A program made the translations under genes and the position numbers. Below, piece after piece: positions 45,904-53,769 of a DNA stretch of 64,000 bases. The notes under the pieces are model-generated. The model saw only the letters and a list, made by a program, of their open reading frames with translations, was not told the DNA's origin and did no database searches. Source of the DNA: Ignavibacteria bacterium (lineage in GTDB: Bacteria; Bacteroidota; Ignavibacteria; Tepidaquicellales; OLB5); the NCBI GenBank assembly GCA_030835025.1, contig JAUQWS010000101.1, forward strand, positions 14,097 through 78,096, given 5' to 3'. How positions within the stretch are numbered: the first letter of the stretch is position 1; every line of letters begins with the position of its first letter.

Positions 45904-46101
45904 GGCGGTCGGTTTCTTAATACGAAAACTAAAATCAAATAAAGAAAAAATCAAAGTCATTGCAAATGGGTTGAAATGACTGACCGGCAAACCGCCAGGT
46001 TCCAATGGGAACCAAAATTACTGAAGAGGAATCCGGTTTGTTCATCTAATGATTAAACCTTTCAATTGAATGGGACTCAGCTCTGAGTCCCATTGTTTTT
46101 T
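45904..46101 (+). ncRNA. Candidate structured RNA / terminated leader upstream of the four-subunit oxidoreductase operon
   Basis: A long-range helix pairs ggcggtcggt (45904-13) with accgg-caaa-ccgcc (45983-96). Internal hairpins lie at 45955-81 (agtcatt/aatgact) and 45998-46013 (ggttcc/ggaacc). The terminator aatgggactc...gagtcccatt plus T6 lies at 46069-46101. Confidence 0.25.
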
Positions 46102-46156
46102 ACACTTCGTCAGCACGTATTTCCTGATTCTGTACTCCTTTCGCACAATTTCTCTG

Positions 46157-46176
46157 GATAAAAATCATATTACCGT
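46157..46176 (+). repeat. Direct repeat copy 2 (GATAAAAATCATATTACCGT)
   Basis: See copy 1. This copy lies 76 nt upstream of ATG 46252. Confidence 0.8.
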
Positions 46177-46251
46177 ATGATGCAGGTAATAGGATTTTGG
46201 GGCATGTTATGCGATTTTTGTATAAATTCGAACAATTTAAAATCCGAAATC

Positions 46252-46629
46252 ATGGATACTACTGCCGCTCAAACTACCGCTACCGGAGCTAAAACCAAAG
46301 CAAAAGACAGAAAAGTAAAGGGAATTGTGGAGATCGACATCCAGAAATGCAAAGGATGTGAGGTCTGCAGAACCGCATGCAAGGAAGACGCTCTGAAACT
46401 TTCAGGAACATTGAACATTAAAGGCTACAGGTATATTATTGCAGATAATGATCTATGCACAGGCTGCGTTAACTGTGCACTTGTTTGCCCTGATGCCGTC
46501 ATAACAGTTTACAGAACCAATCCTAAAAAGAAACACACCGATATTACTCCCAAAAACATCAGGGAAGAGATCAAATCGATAATCAGCTCTCCTGTTTACA
46601 CAGACCTGAGCAACATGGATTACATTTAA
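46252..46629 (+). CDS. 4Fe-4S dicluster ferredoxin-like delta subunit of 2-oxoacid:ferredoxin oxidoreductase
   Basis: CKGCEVCRTAC and CTGCVNCALVCP are present. I place the start at ATG 46252 (MDTTAAQ...) within the longer ORF. Confidence 0.8.
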   Translation: MDTTAAQTTATGAKTKAKDRKVKGIVEIDIQKCKGCEVCRTACKEDALKLSGTLNIKGYRYIIADNDLCTGCVNCALVCPDAVITVYRTNPKKKHTDITPKNIREEIKSIISSPVYTDLSNMDYI

Positions 46630-46655
46630 GAAAGAAAATACAGATATATACTAAG

Positions 46656-47720
46656 ATGGAAACTAAATTAATGAAAGGCAACGAAGCAATGGCTGAGGCT
46701 GCCATCCAGGCAGGATGTGACGCTTATTTTGGTTACCCTATTACTCCGCAATCTGAAGTACTGGAGTACCTTGCAAGAGAAATGCCTGCAAGAGGCAGGG
46801 TTGTTCTGCAGGCCGAAAGCGAAGTTGCTTCAATCAATATGATATACGGAGCTGCCGGCGCGGGATTCCGCGTAATGACAAGCTCATCTTCACCGGGAAT
46901 AAGTTTGATGCAGGAAGGAATATCTTATATTGCAGGAGCAGAACTTCCCTGCCTTATTGCAAATGTTAACCGTGCGGGTCCGGGACTTGGTACTATCCAG
47001 CCGGGTCAGGGAGATTACTTCCAGGCCACCAAAGGCGGCGGGCACGGCGATTACAAGCTGATAGTTCTTGCACCCTCTTCCGTTCAGGAAATGGCAGATT
47101 TCGTTTTCCTTGGATTTGAGCTGGCAGATAAGTACCGCAATCCTGCAATGATACTCTCTGACGGTGCAATTGGACAGATGATGGAGAAAGTTACCTTTGG
47201 AAAATTCAAACCTACAAAGTTTGATAAACCCTGGGCTACAACAGGCAAACCTCCTACAAGAGAAAGAAATTTCATTACCTCACTTCACATTAAGCCCGAA
47301 ATGCTTGAAAAGAATAATTTAAGGCTCGTTGAAAAGTACAAAAAGATGCGGGAAACTGAAGTAAGGTACGAAGAAATAGAAACCGACGACGCTGAATATA
47401 TTCTTGTAGCTTATGGTCTATGCGCCAGGATATGCCACAAGACCGTTAACCTCGCAAGAGAAAAAGGCATTAAAGTTGGGCTCGTGAGGCCGATAACGCT
47501 TTATCCCTTCCCGGAAAAGATCCTAAGTGAACTTGCCAACAAAACAAGGCTTATGCTGACCGTGGAAATGAATGCAGGACAGATGGTTGAAGACGTAAAG
47601 CTATCTGTGAACGGGAAAGTACCTGTTGAATACTACGGAAGAATGGGCGGAATGATCCCTAACCCCGAGGAAATACTTAACAAACTGGAAAATTTAATTA
47701 AGACTAGCCATGCAATCTGA
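46656..47720 (+). CDS. 2-oxoacid:ferredoxin oxidoreductase subunit alpha (VorB/OorA-like)
   Basis: The strings MKGNEAMAEAAIQAGCDAYFGYPITPQSE match an alpha subunit. 354 aa. Confidence 0.9.
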   Translation: METKLMKGNEAMAEAAIQAGCDAYFGYPITPQSEVLEYLAREMPARGRVVLQAESEVASINMIYGAAGAGFRVMTSSSSPGISLMQEGISYIAGAELPCLIANVNRAGPGLGTIQPGQGDYFQATKGGGHGDYKLIVLAPSSVQEMADFVFLGFELADKYRNPAMILSDGAIGQMMEKVTFGKFKPTKFDKPWATTGKPPTRERNFITSLHIKPEMLEKNNLRLVEKYKKMRETEVRYEEIETDDAEYILVAYGLCARICHKTVNLAREKGIKVGLVRPITLYPFPEKILSELANKTRLMLTVEMNAGQMVEDVKLSVNGKVPVEYYGRMGGMIPNPEEILNKLENLIKTSHAI

Positions 47721-48591
47721 AGAACATACACTTGTTGAAGAAAAGCTGATCACGGATAAAGAGAATGCTGTTGTTCCCGAAGATCTGAAGACGGCTGAAA
47801 TGCCATGCATTACCGATGAATATGAAATAGTTTACCAGCGCCCCAAAACACTGGTTGATGTCAGCATGCACTATTGTCCGGGATGTGCTCATTCACTTGT
47901 TCACAAACTGATAATGGAGGCAATTGATGAGCTGGGAATTCAGGAACAAACCATAGGCGTAGCTCCTGTGGGATGTGCGGTTTTCGCTTATGATTATATG
48001 GATATTGATATGTCTGAAGCGGCACACGGAAGGGCTTGTGCTGTAGCAACGGGAATAAAAAAACTTATGCCTGATAAATATGTTTTCACTTACCAGGGTG
48101 ATGGTGACCTGGCAGCGATCGGAGTTGCTGAAACACTTCATGCAATAAACCGCGGTGAAAATATTCTGATAGTGTTCATGAATAATGCAGTTTACGGAAT
48201 GACTAGCGGACAAATGGCACCCACAACTCTTGCAGGAATGAAGACAACTACAAGTCCGTACGGCAGGGATACAAGCTTCTATGGCTTCCCTATCAAGGTA
48301 TCAGAGCTAATAGCCCCTCTTCCGGGAGCATTCTATGTAACACGTCAAACTGTAAATAATGCAACTGCTGTCCGGAAAACAAAAAAGGCCCTTTTGAATG
48401 CGTTCAGGTATCAGAAACTCAAAAAAGGTACATGTTTTGTTGAGATCATAGGTAACTGCCCATCGAATTGGAAAATGACTCCGGTGGAAACTTTAAAATT
48501 CGTTGATGATGAAATGATCAAGTACTTCCCTCTTGGAGATATAAAACTGCCAAAAGGCGAAGACCTTAAAAATTTACAGGAGGATAAATAG
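47710..48591 (+). CDS. 2-oxoacid:ferredoxin oxidoreductase subunit beta (TPP-binding)
   Basis: YCPGCAHS and QGDGDLAAIG...NNAVYGMTSGQ (the TPP motif) are present. It overlaps the alpha gene by 11 nt. Confidence 0.9.
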   Translation: MQSEEHTLVEEKLITDKENAVVPEDLKTAEMPCITDEYEIVYQRPKTLVDVSMHYCPGCAHSLVHKLIMEAIDELGIQEQTIGVAPVGCAVFAYDYMDIDMSEAAHGRACAVATGIKKLMPDKYVFTYQGDGDLAAIGVAETLHAINRGENILIVFMNNAVYGMTSGQMAPTTLAGMKTTTSPYGRDTSFYGFPIKVSELIAPLPGAFYVTRQTVNNATAVRKTKKALLNAFRYQKLKKGTCFVEIIGNCPSNWKMTPVETLKFVDDEMIKYFPLGDIKLPKGEDLKNLQEDK

Positions 48592-48593
48592 CA

Positions 48594-49160
48594 ATGTTAG
48601 AAGAACTAATAGCAGCCGGATTTGGCGGTCAGGGAGTCCTCTCAATGGGAATGACCCTCGCATATGCAGGAATGATAGAGAACAAAGAGATCACCTGGAT
48701 GCCCTCTTACGGACCCGAAATGCGCGGGGGTACTGCAAATTGTATTACAATTATTTCTGATACAAAAATAAGCTCTCCCATTATATCAGTATTTGATTCT
48801 GCAATTATACTCAATCAGCCTTCAATGGACAAATTTGAATCCAAAGTAAAGCCGGGCGGATTGCTGATATATGAATCAACTAATATCATCAAACCCACGA
48901 CAAGAACTGATATTGAAGTATTTGCAATTCCTGCAGCCACTGAAGCCGTTAAGATGAAGAACAGCAAAACACTGAATATGATAATGCTCGGTGCATATCT
49001 TGAAAGAAGGCCTGTTGTTAAATTAGAATCTGTTTTGGAGGCCCTGAAGAAGGTATTGCCTGAAAGATACCACAATCTGCTTCCTGTCAACAAATCTGCC
49101 CTTGAAAGAGGCGCTGAGTTAATTGAAAAAGAAATGATAAGCCTGGGGGAAGCATTCTGA
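48594..49160 (+). CDS. 2-oxoacid:ferredoxin oxidoreductase subunit gamma
   Basis: IAAGFGGQGVLSMG...PSYGPEMRGGTANC is the gamma-subunit signature. Confidence 0.9.
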   Translation: MLEELIAAGFGGQGVLSMGMTLAYAGMIENKEITWMPSYGPEMRGGTANCITIISDTKISSPIISVFDSAIILNQPSMDKFESKVKPGGLLIYESTNIIKPTTRTDIEVFAIPAATEAVKMKNSKTLNMIMLGAYLERRPVVKLESVLEALKKVLPERYHNLLPVNKSALERGAELIEKEMISLGEAF

Positions 49161-49171
49161 GAATGCTTCCC
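49147..49171 (+). other. 11-bp perfect hairpin whose 3-nt loop is the operon's TGA stop codon
   Basis: The sequence is gggaagcattc-TGA-gaatgcttccc, and no U-tract follows. Confidence 0.6.
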
Positions 49172-49319
49172 TTCGGGGAATTCCATAAATACCCTTATTG
49201 CTTCGAAAATTATAAAAAAACAGTGAGAAATGTCATAAAATGACTTTTGAGTCTTTGACTTAGGTCATTTTACATACTGATATATATTGTTATAATTGTA
49301 ACAGTAAAAAGGAGCTGAT

Positions 49320-50135
49320 ATGGATAGAATCTTTTTAATTTTGAGTGTTTTATTAGCAATGTTCATTTGGGGATGCAAATCTGACCCGGTTTCCGGGGAT
49401 GAGGGCAATACTCCAAACGGATATGTTAAGATCTACACTGCTGAACAGAACAATGCGAAATTCGAAGTCTGGAGCTCCACATCTGCCGTTTCGTTTATTT
49501 ACGGATACAACGAAATTGGATTCAAAGTTCTGCTGAATGATGTGGCTCAAACATCAGGATTCGTAAAATTTACTCCGACTATGTATCATGGCTTGGGCGG
49601 CCCGCAGCATACAACTCCCACGGATGACATGTTTAATTATGATGCAGATAAATCACTCTTTACAGGTTACGCAGTATTTATGATGTATGATACTTCAGCT
49701 TTCTGGGCAGGCAGGTTTAACTATAATAATTCTGCAGCCGTTGATTCATTCCCCTTCCAGATACAGTACAGCAGTGTTAGCCAGGTCCTTGGATGGGATA
49801 ATGTAACCACTCAGCGTTCATACGTTCTCACTCTAATTTCACCCGGTTCTCCAAGAATAGGGCTTAATACTGTAGATGTGCTCTTGCATGAATCTGCGGA
49901 CCTTCTGACATTTACTGAGGTTGAGTCTGCAGAAATGTTCATAAAGCCGTGGATGGAGACAATGGGTCACGGTTCAGGCAACAATACAAATCCCGTCAGT
50001 ATTGGGGGCGGAAAGTACCGCGGGGAAGCGAATTTTACAATGGCCGGGGAGTGGTTCCTGTATGACTCCATAAAAGTAAACAACCAGTTTATTACCAGAA
50101 CTCCACCTCCAAAATTTATATTTGATGTATATTAA
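49320..50135 (+). CDS. YtkA/FixH-like lipoprotein (two Ig-like halves; Met/His-rich motif)
   Basis: The lipobox is FIWGC. The C-terminal half VDVLLHES...MFIKPWMETMGHGSGNN...GKYRGEANFTMAGEWFL matches the YtkA/FixH-like pattern. An AGGAG Shine-Dalgarno is present. Confidence 0.55.
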   Translation: MDRIFLILSVLLAMFIWGCKSDPVSGDEGNTPNGYVKIYTAEQNNAKFEVWSSTSAVSFIYGYNEIGFKVLLNDVAQTSGFVKFTPTMYHGLGGPQHTTPTDDMFNYDADKSLFTGYAVFMMYDTSAFWAGRFNYNNSAAVDSFPFQIQYSSVSQVLGWDNVTTQRSYVLTLISPGSPRIGLNTVDVLLHESADLLTFTEVESAEMFIKPWMETMGHGSGNNTNPVSIGGGKYRGEANFTMAGEWFLYDSIKVNNQFITRTPPPKFIFDVY

Positions 50136-50136
50136 T

Positions 50137-51096
50137 ATGAAATACTTAATATTGATAATTGCCGTATTTATCAGTTTTAACGGTAAGCCGGAAGCATGCA
50201 ACAGCTGCGGCGGAGGTACAGGTGACCTTTCAGTGCTTTCACTTGATGGTTTTGCGCTTGTTAATGCAGGTGTAGTTTACGATAGATATCTTGGAGTCTG
50301 GGATAAAGACGGTAAATGGAGGCCTTATGAATACAATCTTTCTCAGACAAAAGTTCTTCTTAACGGTGCATATAGGATTAGCAGAAGGTTCCAGTTCGCA
50401 ATTTCATTACCGTTAATAATTAATTCAAGTTCAGTACCCAGATTGAAATCCAGCGGCTGGGGAGTTGGTGATCTTACTGTTGGAGGCAGGTTCGAGATCT
50501 TTCATGAATTCCAGCCGAAGAAAAAAGGAAAGAAACTGATCCTGGACAGAACTCTGCCATATACAGCAATTACTTTCGGGCTCACATTACCAAGCGGAAA
50601 GTCTGAGGAAACTGCCGAGAATGATGTAGATATTACCGGAAAAGGATTCTATACAACCTCTCTTGGTATTTCATTAACTAAAAGTTTGATCAAATCGAAG
50701 CTGCAATTGCTCGCAGATGCGAGCTGGCAGCACAGTTTCGAAAAAAATTACAAAACCTATTACAATCTGCCTCTGAATTCAGATTTCAGAAAACGTCCGG
50801 GTGAAAAATTCAATTATTCGCTGAGCGTGAACTATATATTCAACAGCTGGCACGCAGTATCCCTAACGGCTTCCGGGTTTATACAAAATAGCTACACTAT
50901 TAACGATACAGAAGGAATTAACTCTGACGAAAGGTCAAACAGCCTTGTAGTTTCATATACTTATTATCCTTCTATACCGTTCAGGATCACAACTTCCTTC
51001 AAAACCGGAATAAATAATGATGATTTCGGAAGGAATGTACAAGGTTCAAATACATTCAATATCAATTTTACTTATTATTTTTCTGATCTAAAATAG
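50137..51096 (+). CDS. Outer-membrane beta-barrel protein with CxxC head (MetA-pathway/'transporter' family-like)
   Basis: After a signal peptide, the mature N-terminus is predicted to begin at CNSCGGGTGD. Alternating beta-strand hydrophobicity runs throughout, and the ATG is 1 nt after the preceding stop. Confidence 0.5.
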   Translation: MKYLILIIAVFISFNGKPEACNSCGGGTGDLSVLSLDGFALVNAGVVYDRYLGVWDKDGKWRPYEYNLSQTKVLLNGAYRISRRFQFAISLPLIINSSSVPRLKSSGWGVGDLTVGGRFEIFHEFQPKKKGKKLILDRTLPYTAITFGLTLPSGKSEETAENDVDITGKGFYTTSLGISLTKSLIKSKLQLLADASWQHSFEKNYKTYYNLPLNSDFRKRPGEKFNYSLSVNYIFNSWHAVSLTASGFIQNSYTINDTEGINSDERSNSLVVSYTYYPSIPFRITTSFKTGINNDDFGRNVQGSNTFNINFTYYFSDLK

Positions 51097-51106
51097 CTAT
51101 AGGATC

Positions 51107-51403
51107 ATGTTAAAAACTATTTTTGTTACTTTACTATTTATGAATTTCCTAATATATGCCGGTATGAGCACAGATACTTTGTTGTTGAAAAAGACCGTAA
51201 AGATAAAATGTACGGAAATGACGTGTGATGGCTGCAAAAGAAGCATCACTAAATCAATAAATACTCTTCAGGGCATCACAAAACTTGATATCAATCTTGA
51301 AACAAAGATTATCACAGTTGATTTTGACGATGCCAAAACCACCGAGCAAAACATCGTGAACGCAGTCATTGAGGCTGGTTACGATGCAGAGCTTATAAAA
51401 TAA
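51107..51403 (+). CDS. Exported heavy-metal-associated (HMA/CopZ-like) domain protein
   Basis: An N-terminal hydrophobic signal/anchor is followed by the MTCDGC metal-binding motif in a beta-alpha-beta-beta-alpha-beta-length domain. Confidence 0.8.
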   Translation: MLKTIFVTLLFMNFLIYAGMSTDTLLLKKTVKIKCTEMTCDGCKRSITKSINTLQGITKLDINLETKIITVDFDDAKTTEQNIVNAVIEAGYDAELIK

Positions 51404-51439
51404 CGATCGGCTTCAAACCTAAATTTCCCGTCACGCGTT

Positions 51440-53545
51440 ATGCAAAATGCATTGGATAAGATCTTCTACCCGAAGTCGATCGCCGTTATTGGTGCGTCTT
51501 CCCGGGCCGGAGCATTAAGTTATGAGTTAGTCAGCAATCTTATAAGATACGATTTCAAAGGCAAAATCTTCCCTGTTAATCCAAAATCCGATTATGTTCA
51601 CAGCATAAAATCATATCATTCTGTAACTGATATAGATGACTCTGTTGATCTTGCAGTAATTATGCTCCCCCGTGAACTTGTTCTTAAGACAATTGATGAA
51701 TGTGCAGCAAAAAAAATACAGTCAGTTGTAGTAATTACAGCAGGCTTTAAGGAAACAGGTAAAGAAGGTGCCGACACTGAAAAGAAGCTTGTAGAAAAGA
51801 TCAAGAAGTACGGCATGCGCCTTGTTGGGCCCAATTGCATGGGTATCATTAACACTAATCCCGAAGTGAACCTGAACTGCACTTTTGTTAAAGGTACACC
51901 TATAAACGGGGGAATTGGATTTGTTTCACAAAGCGGTGCGCTTGGAGCAGCCGTATTAAAGACCGTTCAGCAGAACGACATCGGACTTGCCCAATTTGTA
52001 AGCATTGGCAATAAAGCAGATATTTCGGGAAACGTCATTCTTCAGTACTGGTGGCATAACGATGACGTGAAAGTCATAACTGTATATCTTGAGTCTTTCG
52101 GAAACCCGAGAATGTTCATGGAGCTCACCAGAGAGATTACCCGAACCAAACCGGTAATAGTCATTAAATCGGCACGTACTTCTGCAGGCATGAAAGCAGC
52201 TTCTTCGCATACCGGAGCACTTGCAGGATCGGATGCTGTAGTCGATGCATTCCTGGAACAAAGCGGTGTGATCAGAGTGAACTCCATAGACGATATGTTT
52301 GATATTGCAAACGGTTTTGATAAGACCAATCTTCCTGAGGGAAACAGAGTCGGCATACTAACAAATGCGGGCGGGCCGGCAATACTTGCAGTGGATGAAT
52401 GTGCAAATAATAACCTCCAGCTTCCTGAATTGAGTCCGTCTACGCAGGAAAAACTGCGTGCAATAGCTCCCGCTGAAGCTTCAGTATTCAATCCAGTTGA
52501 TATTCTGCCTCCCGCTGATTCACTTATGTACGCTAAGGCAGCAAAACTGATGCTTGCGGACAAGAATATAGATTCACTTATCGTTATACTAGGGCCGCCT
52601 TTGATGCTGGATACGCTGGAAATCGCCAAATCGATCTGTGATGCAGTTAAGGGTACCGCCAAAAGTGTGATGGTTGTACTGATGTCTCAGGATGTAGTTA
52701 TACCGATGCTGAAAAACGCAGCTCCAATGCACCCGCCTATATTCAGATTCCCCGAAAATGCCGCAAGGGTCATAGGAAAAATGTATTCCTATAAAAAATG
52801 GAGGGACAGGCCCGAAGGCAATTACATAACATTTGACTCAAAGAAAGATACGGTTAGAAGGGTACTTCAGAAATATTCCTCCAGACCCGGTGTTTATTTA
52901 GAGTTTGATGATGTCTGTAAAGTACTACAATCTTACGGTCTGCCCATCGTTCAGACTGCTGAAGCAAAGGACACCGAAGGTATCATTAAAGCTGCATCAC
53001 GGATCAAATACCCGGTTGTTATCAAAGCTTCGGGGAAAAAGCTGATTCATAAATCAGATCTTGGCGGAGTTGAAGTCGATATCCATACTGAGGCAGAACT
53101 GATAAAAGCCAGTGAAAGAATAATGGAAAACCTCCGAAATGCAAATGCATCAGAAAGCCTCGAGAAGTTCCTCATCCAGCCTTATGTTGCAGGCGGAGTT
53201 GAGACGATCCTGGGTATTACACACGACGAAAAGGCAGGGCATATGATAATGTTCGGACTTGGAGGTATATTTGTTGAGATATTCAAGGATGTGAATTTCA
53301 AGCTTGTGCCTATTAGTGATGAAGAGGCAATGAGAATGATCCGATCAATTAAAAGTTATCAAATGCTTACCGGTGCCCGCGGAAATAAACCTGTAAATCT
53401 TGATTATGTTAAGGAAAGCCTTCTCAGGCTTTCACAGCTTTCAGAAGAATTCCCGGCATTCAAAGAGATAGATCTGAATCCTTTCGTGTTCTTTGATGAC
53501 GAAGAGAAGTGCAGAATCCTTGATGCCAGAATAAGAATCAATTAA
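51440..53545 (+). CDS. ADP-forming acetate/acyl--CoA ligase family protein (fused alpha-beta)
   Basis: The N-terminal CoA-binding string is PKSIAVIGAS, followed by the ligase-CoA region GPNCMGI...SQSGALG and a C-terminal ATP-grasp. 701 aa. Confidence 0.9.
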   Translation: MQNALDKIFYPKSIAVIGASSRAGALSYELVSNLIRYDFKGKIFPVNPKSDYVHSIKSYHSVTDIDDSVDLAVIMLPRELVLKTIDECAAKKIQSVVVITAGFKETGKEGADTEKKLVEKIKKYGMRLVGPNCMGIINTNPEVNLNCTFVKGTPINGGIGFVSQSGALGAAVLKTVQQNDIGLAQFVSIGNKADISGNVILQYWWHNDDVKVITVYLESFGNPRMFMELTREITRTKPVIVIKSARTSAGMKAASSHTGALAGSDAVVDAFLEQSGVIRVNSIDDMFDIANGFDKTNLPEGNRVGILTNAGGPAILAVDECANNNLQLPELSPSTQEKLRAIAPAEASVFNPVDILPPADSLMYAKAAKLMLADKNIDSLIVILGPPLMLDTLEIAKSICDAVKGTAKSVMVVLMSQDVVIPMLKNAAPMHPPIFRFPENAARVIGKMYSYKKWRDRPEGNYITFDSKKDTVRRVLQKYSSRPGVYLEFDDVCKVLQSYGLPIVQTAEAKDTEGIIKAASRIKYPVVIKASGKKLIHKSDLGGVEVDIHTEAELIKASERIMENLRNANASESLEKFLIQPYVAGGVETILGITHDEKAGHMIMFGLGGIFVEIFKDVNFKLVPISDEEAMRMIRSIKSYQMLTGARGNKPVNLDYVKESLLRLSQLSEEFPAFKEIDLNPFVFFDDEEKCRILDARIRIN

Positions 53546-53612
53546 ATCTGACAGTCTGATTCAATTCAATTGGTGCGTTGCATAAATAATTGATAGTTTC
53601 GTTAATATTCGC

Positions 53613-53620
53613 TAAGTTTG
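53613..53620 (+). promoter_or_regulatory. TAAGTTTG -7 box upstream of the radical SAM gene
   Basis: It matches TAnnTTTG and lies 149 nt upstream of ATG 53770. A 31-codon ORF (53636..53731) lies in between. Confidence 0.35.
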
Positions 53621-53769
53621 TTGAGTATTTCCGATATGATCGGTGAAAATGCAGTTTTCATCCAACTCAAAAAGTATAAAAAATTTTTTCCCTTTACTTT
53701 CTTTTTCACAAGAGCAGCTTTGCTAATTTAGAGTGATACTCACAATTCATATATTTCCATGGAGGAAAA

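Noticed and set aside
45904-46101. Possible known riboswitch (the ...ACCGCCAGG... string next to a GGCGG-containing 5' strand is superficially reminiscent of ZTP/pfl-type pseudoknot elements). tmRNA, SRP, RNase P and 6S identities were also considered.
   Set aside because: The conserved cores I remember for these RNAs (e.g. CCGCCUGGG for ZTP, GAGGAAAGUCC for RNase P, the tmRNA tag frame and 3' tRNA-like end, the SRP GGAA-containing domain IV) are not present. The downstream genes do not fit a ZTP regulon either. It is kept only as an unclassified structured candidate.
53636-53731. The 31-codon ORF upstream of the radical SAM gene as a confident RiPP precursor
   Set aside because: It has no Shine-Dalgarno. 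Its Phe/Lys-rich composition is what AT/T-rich DNA encodes by default, it has no Cys/Ser/Thr core or recognisable leader motif, and no peptidase or transporter lies nearby. It is kept as a low-weight note inside the radical SAM finding rather than as a feature.
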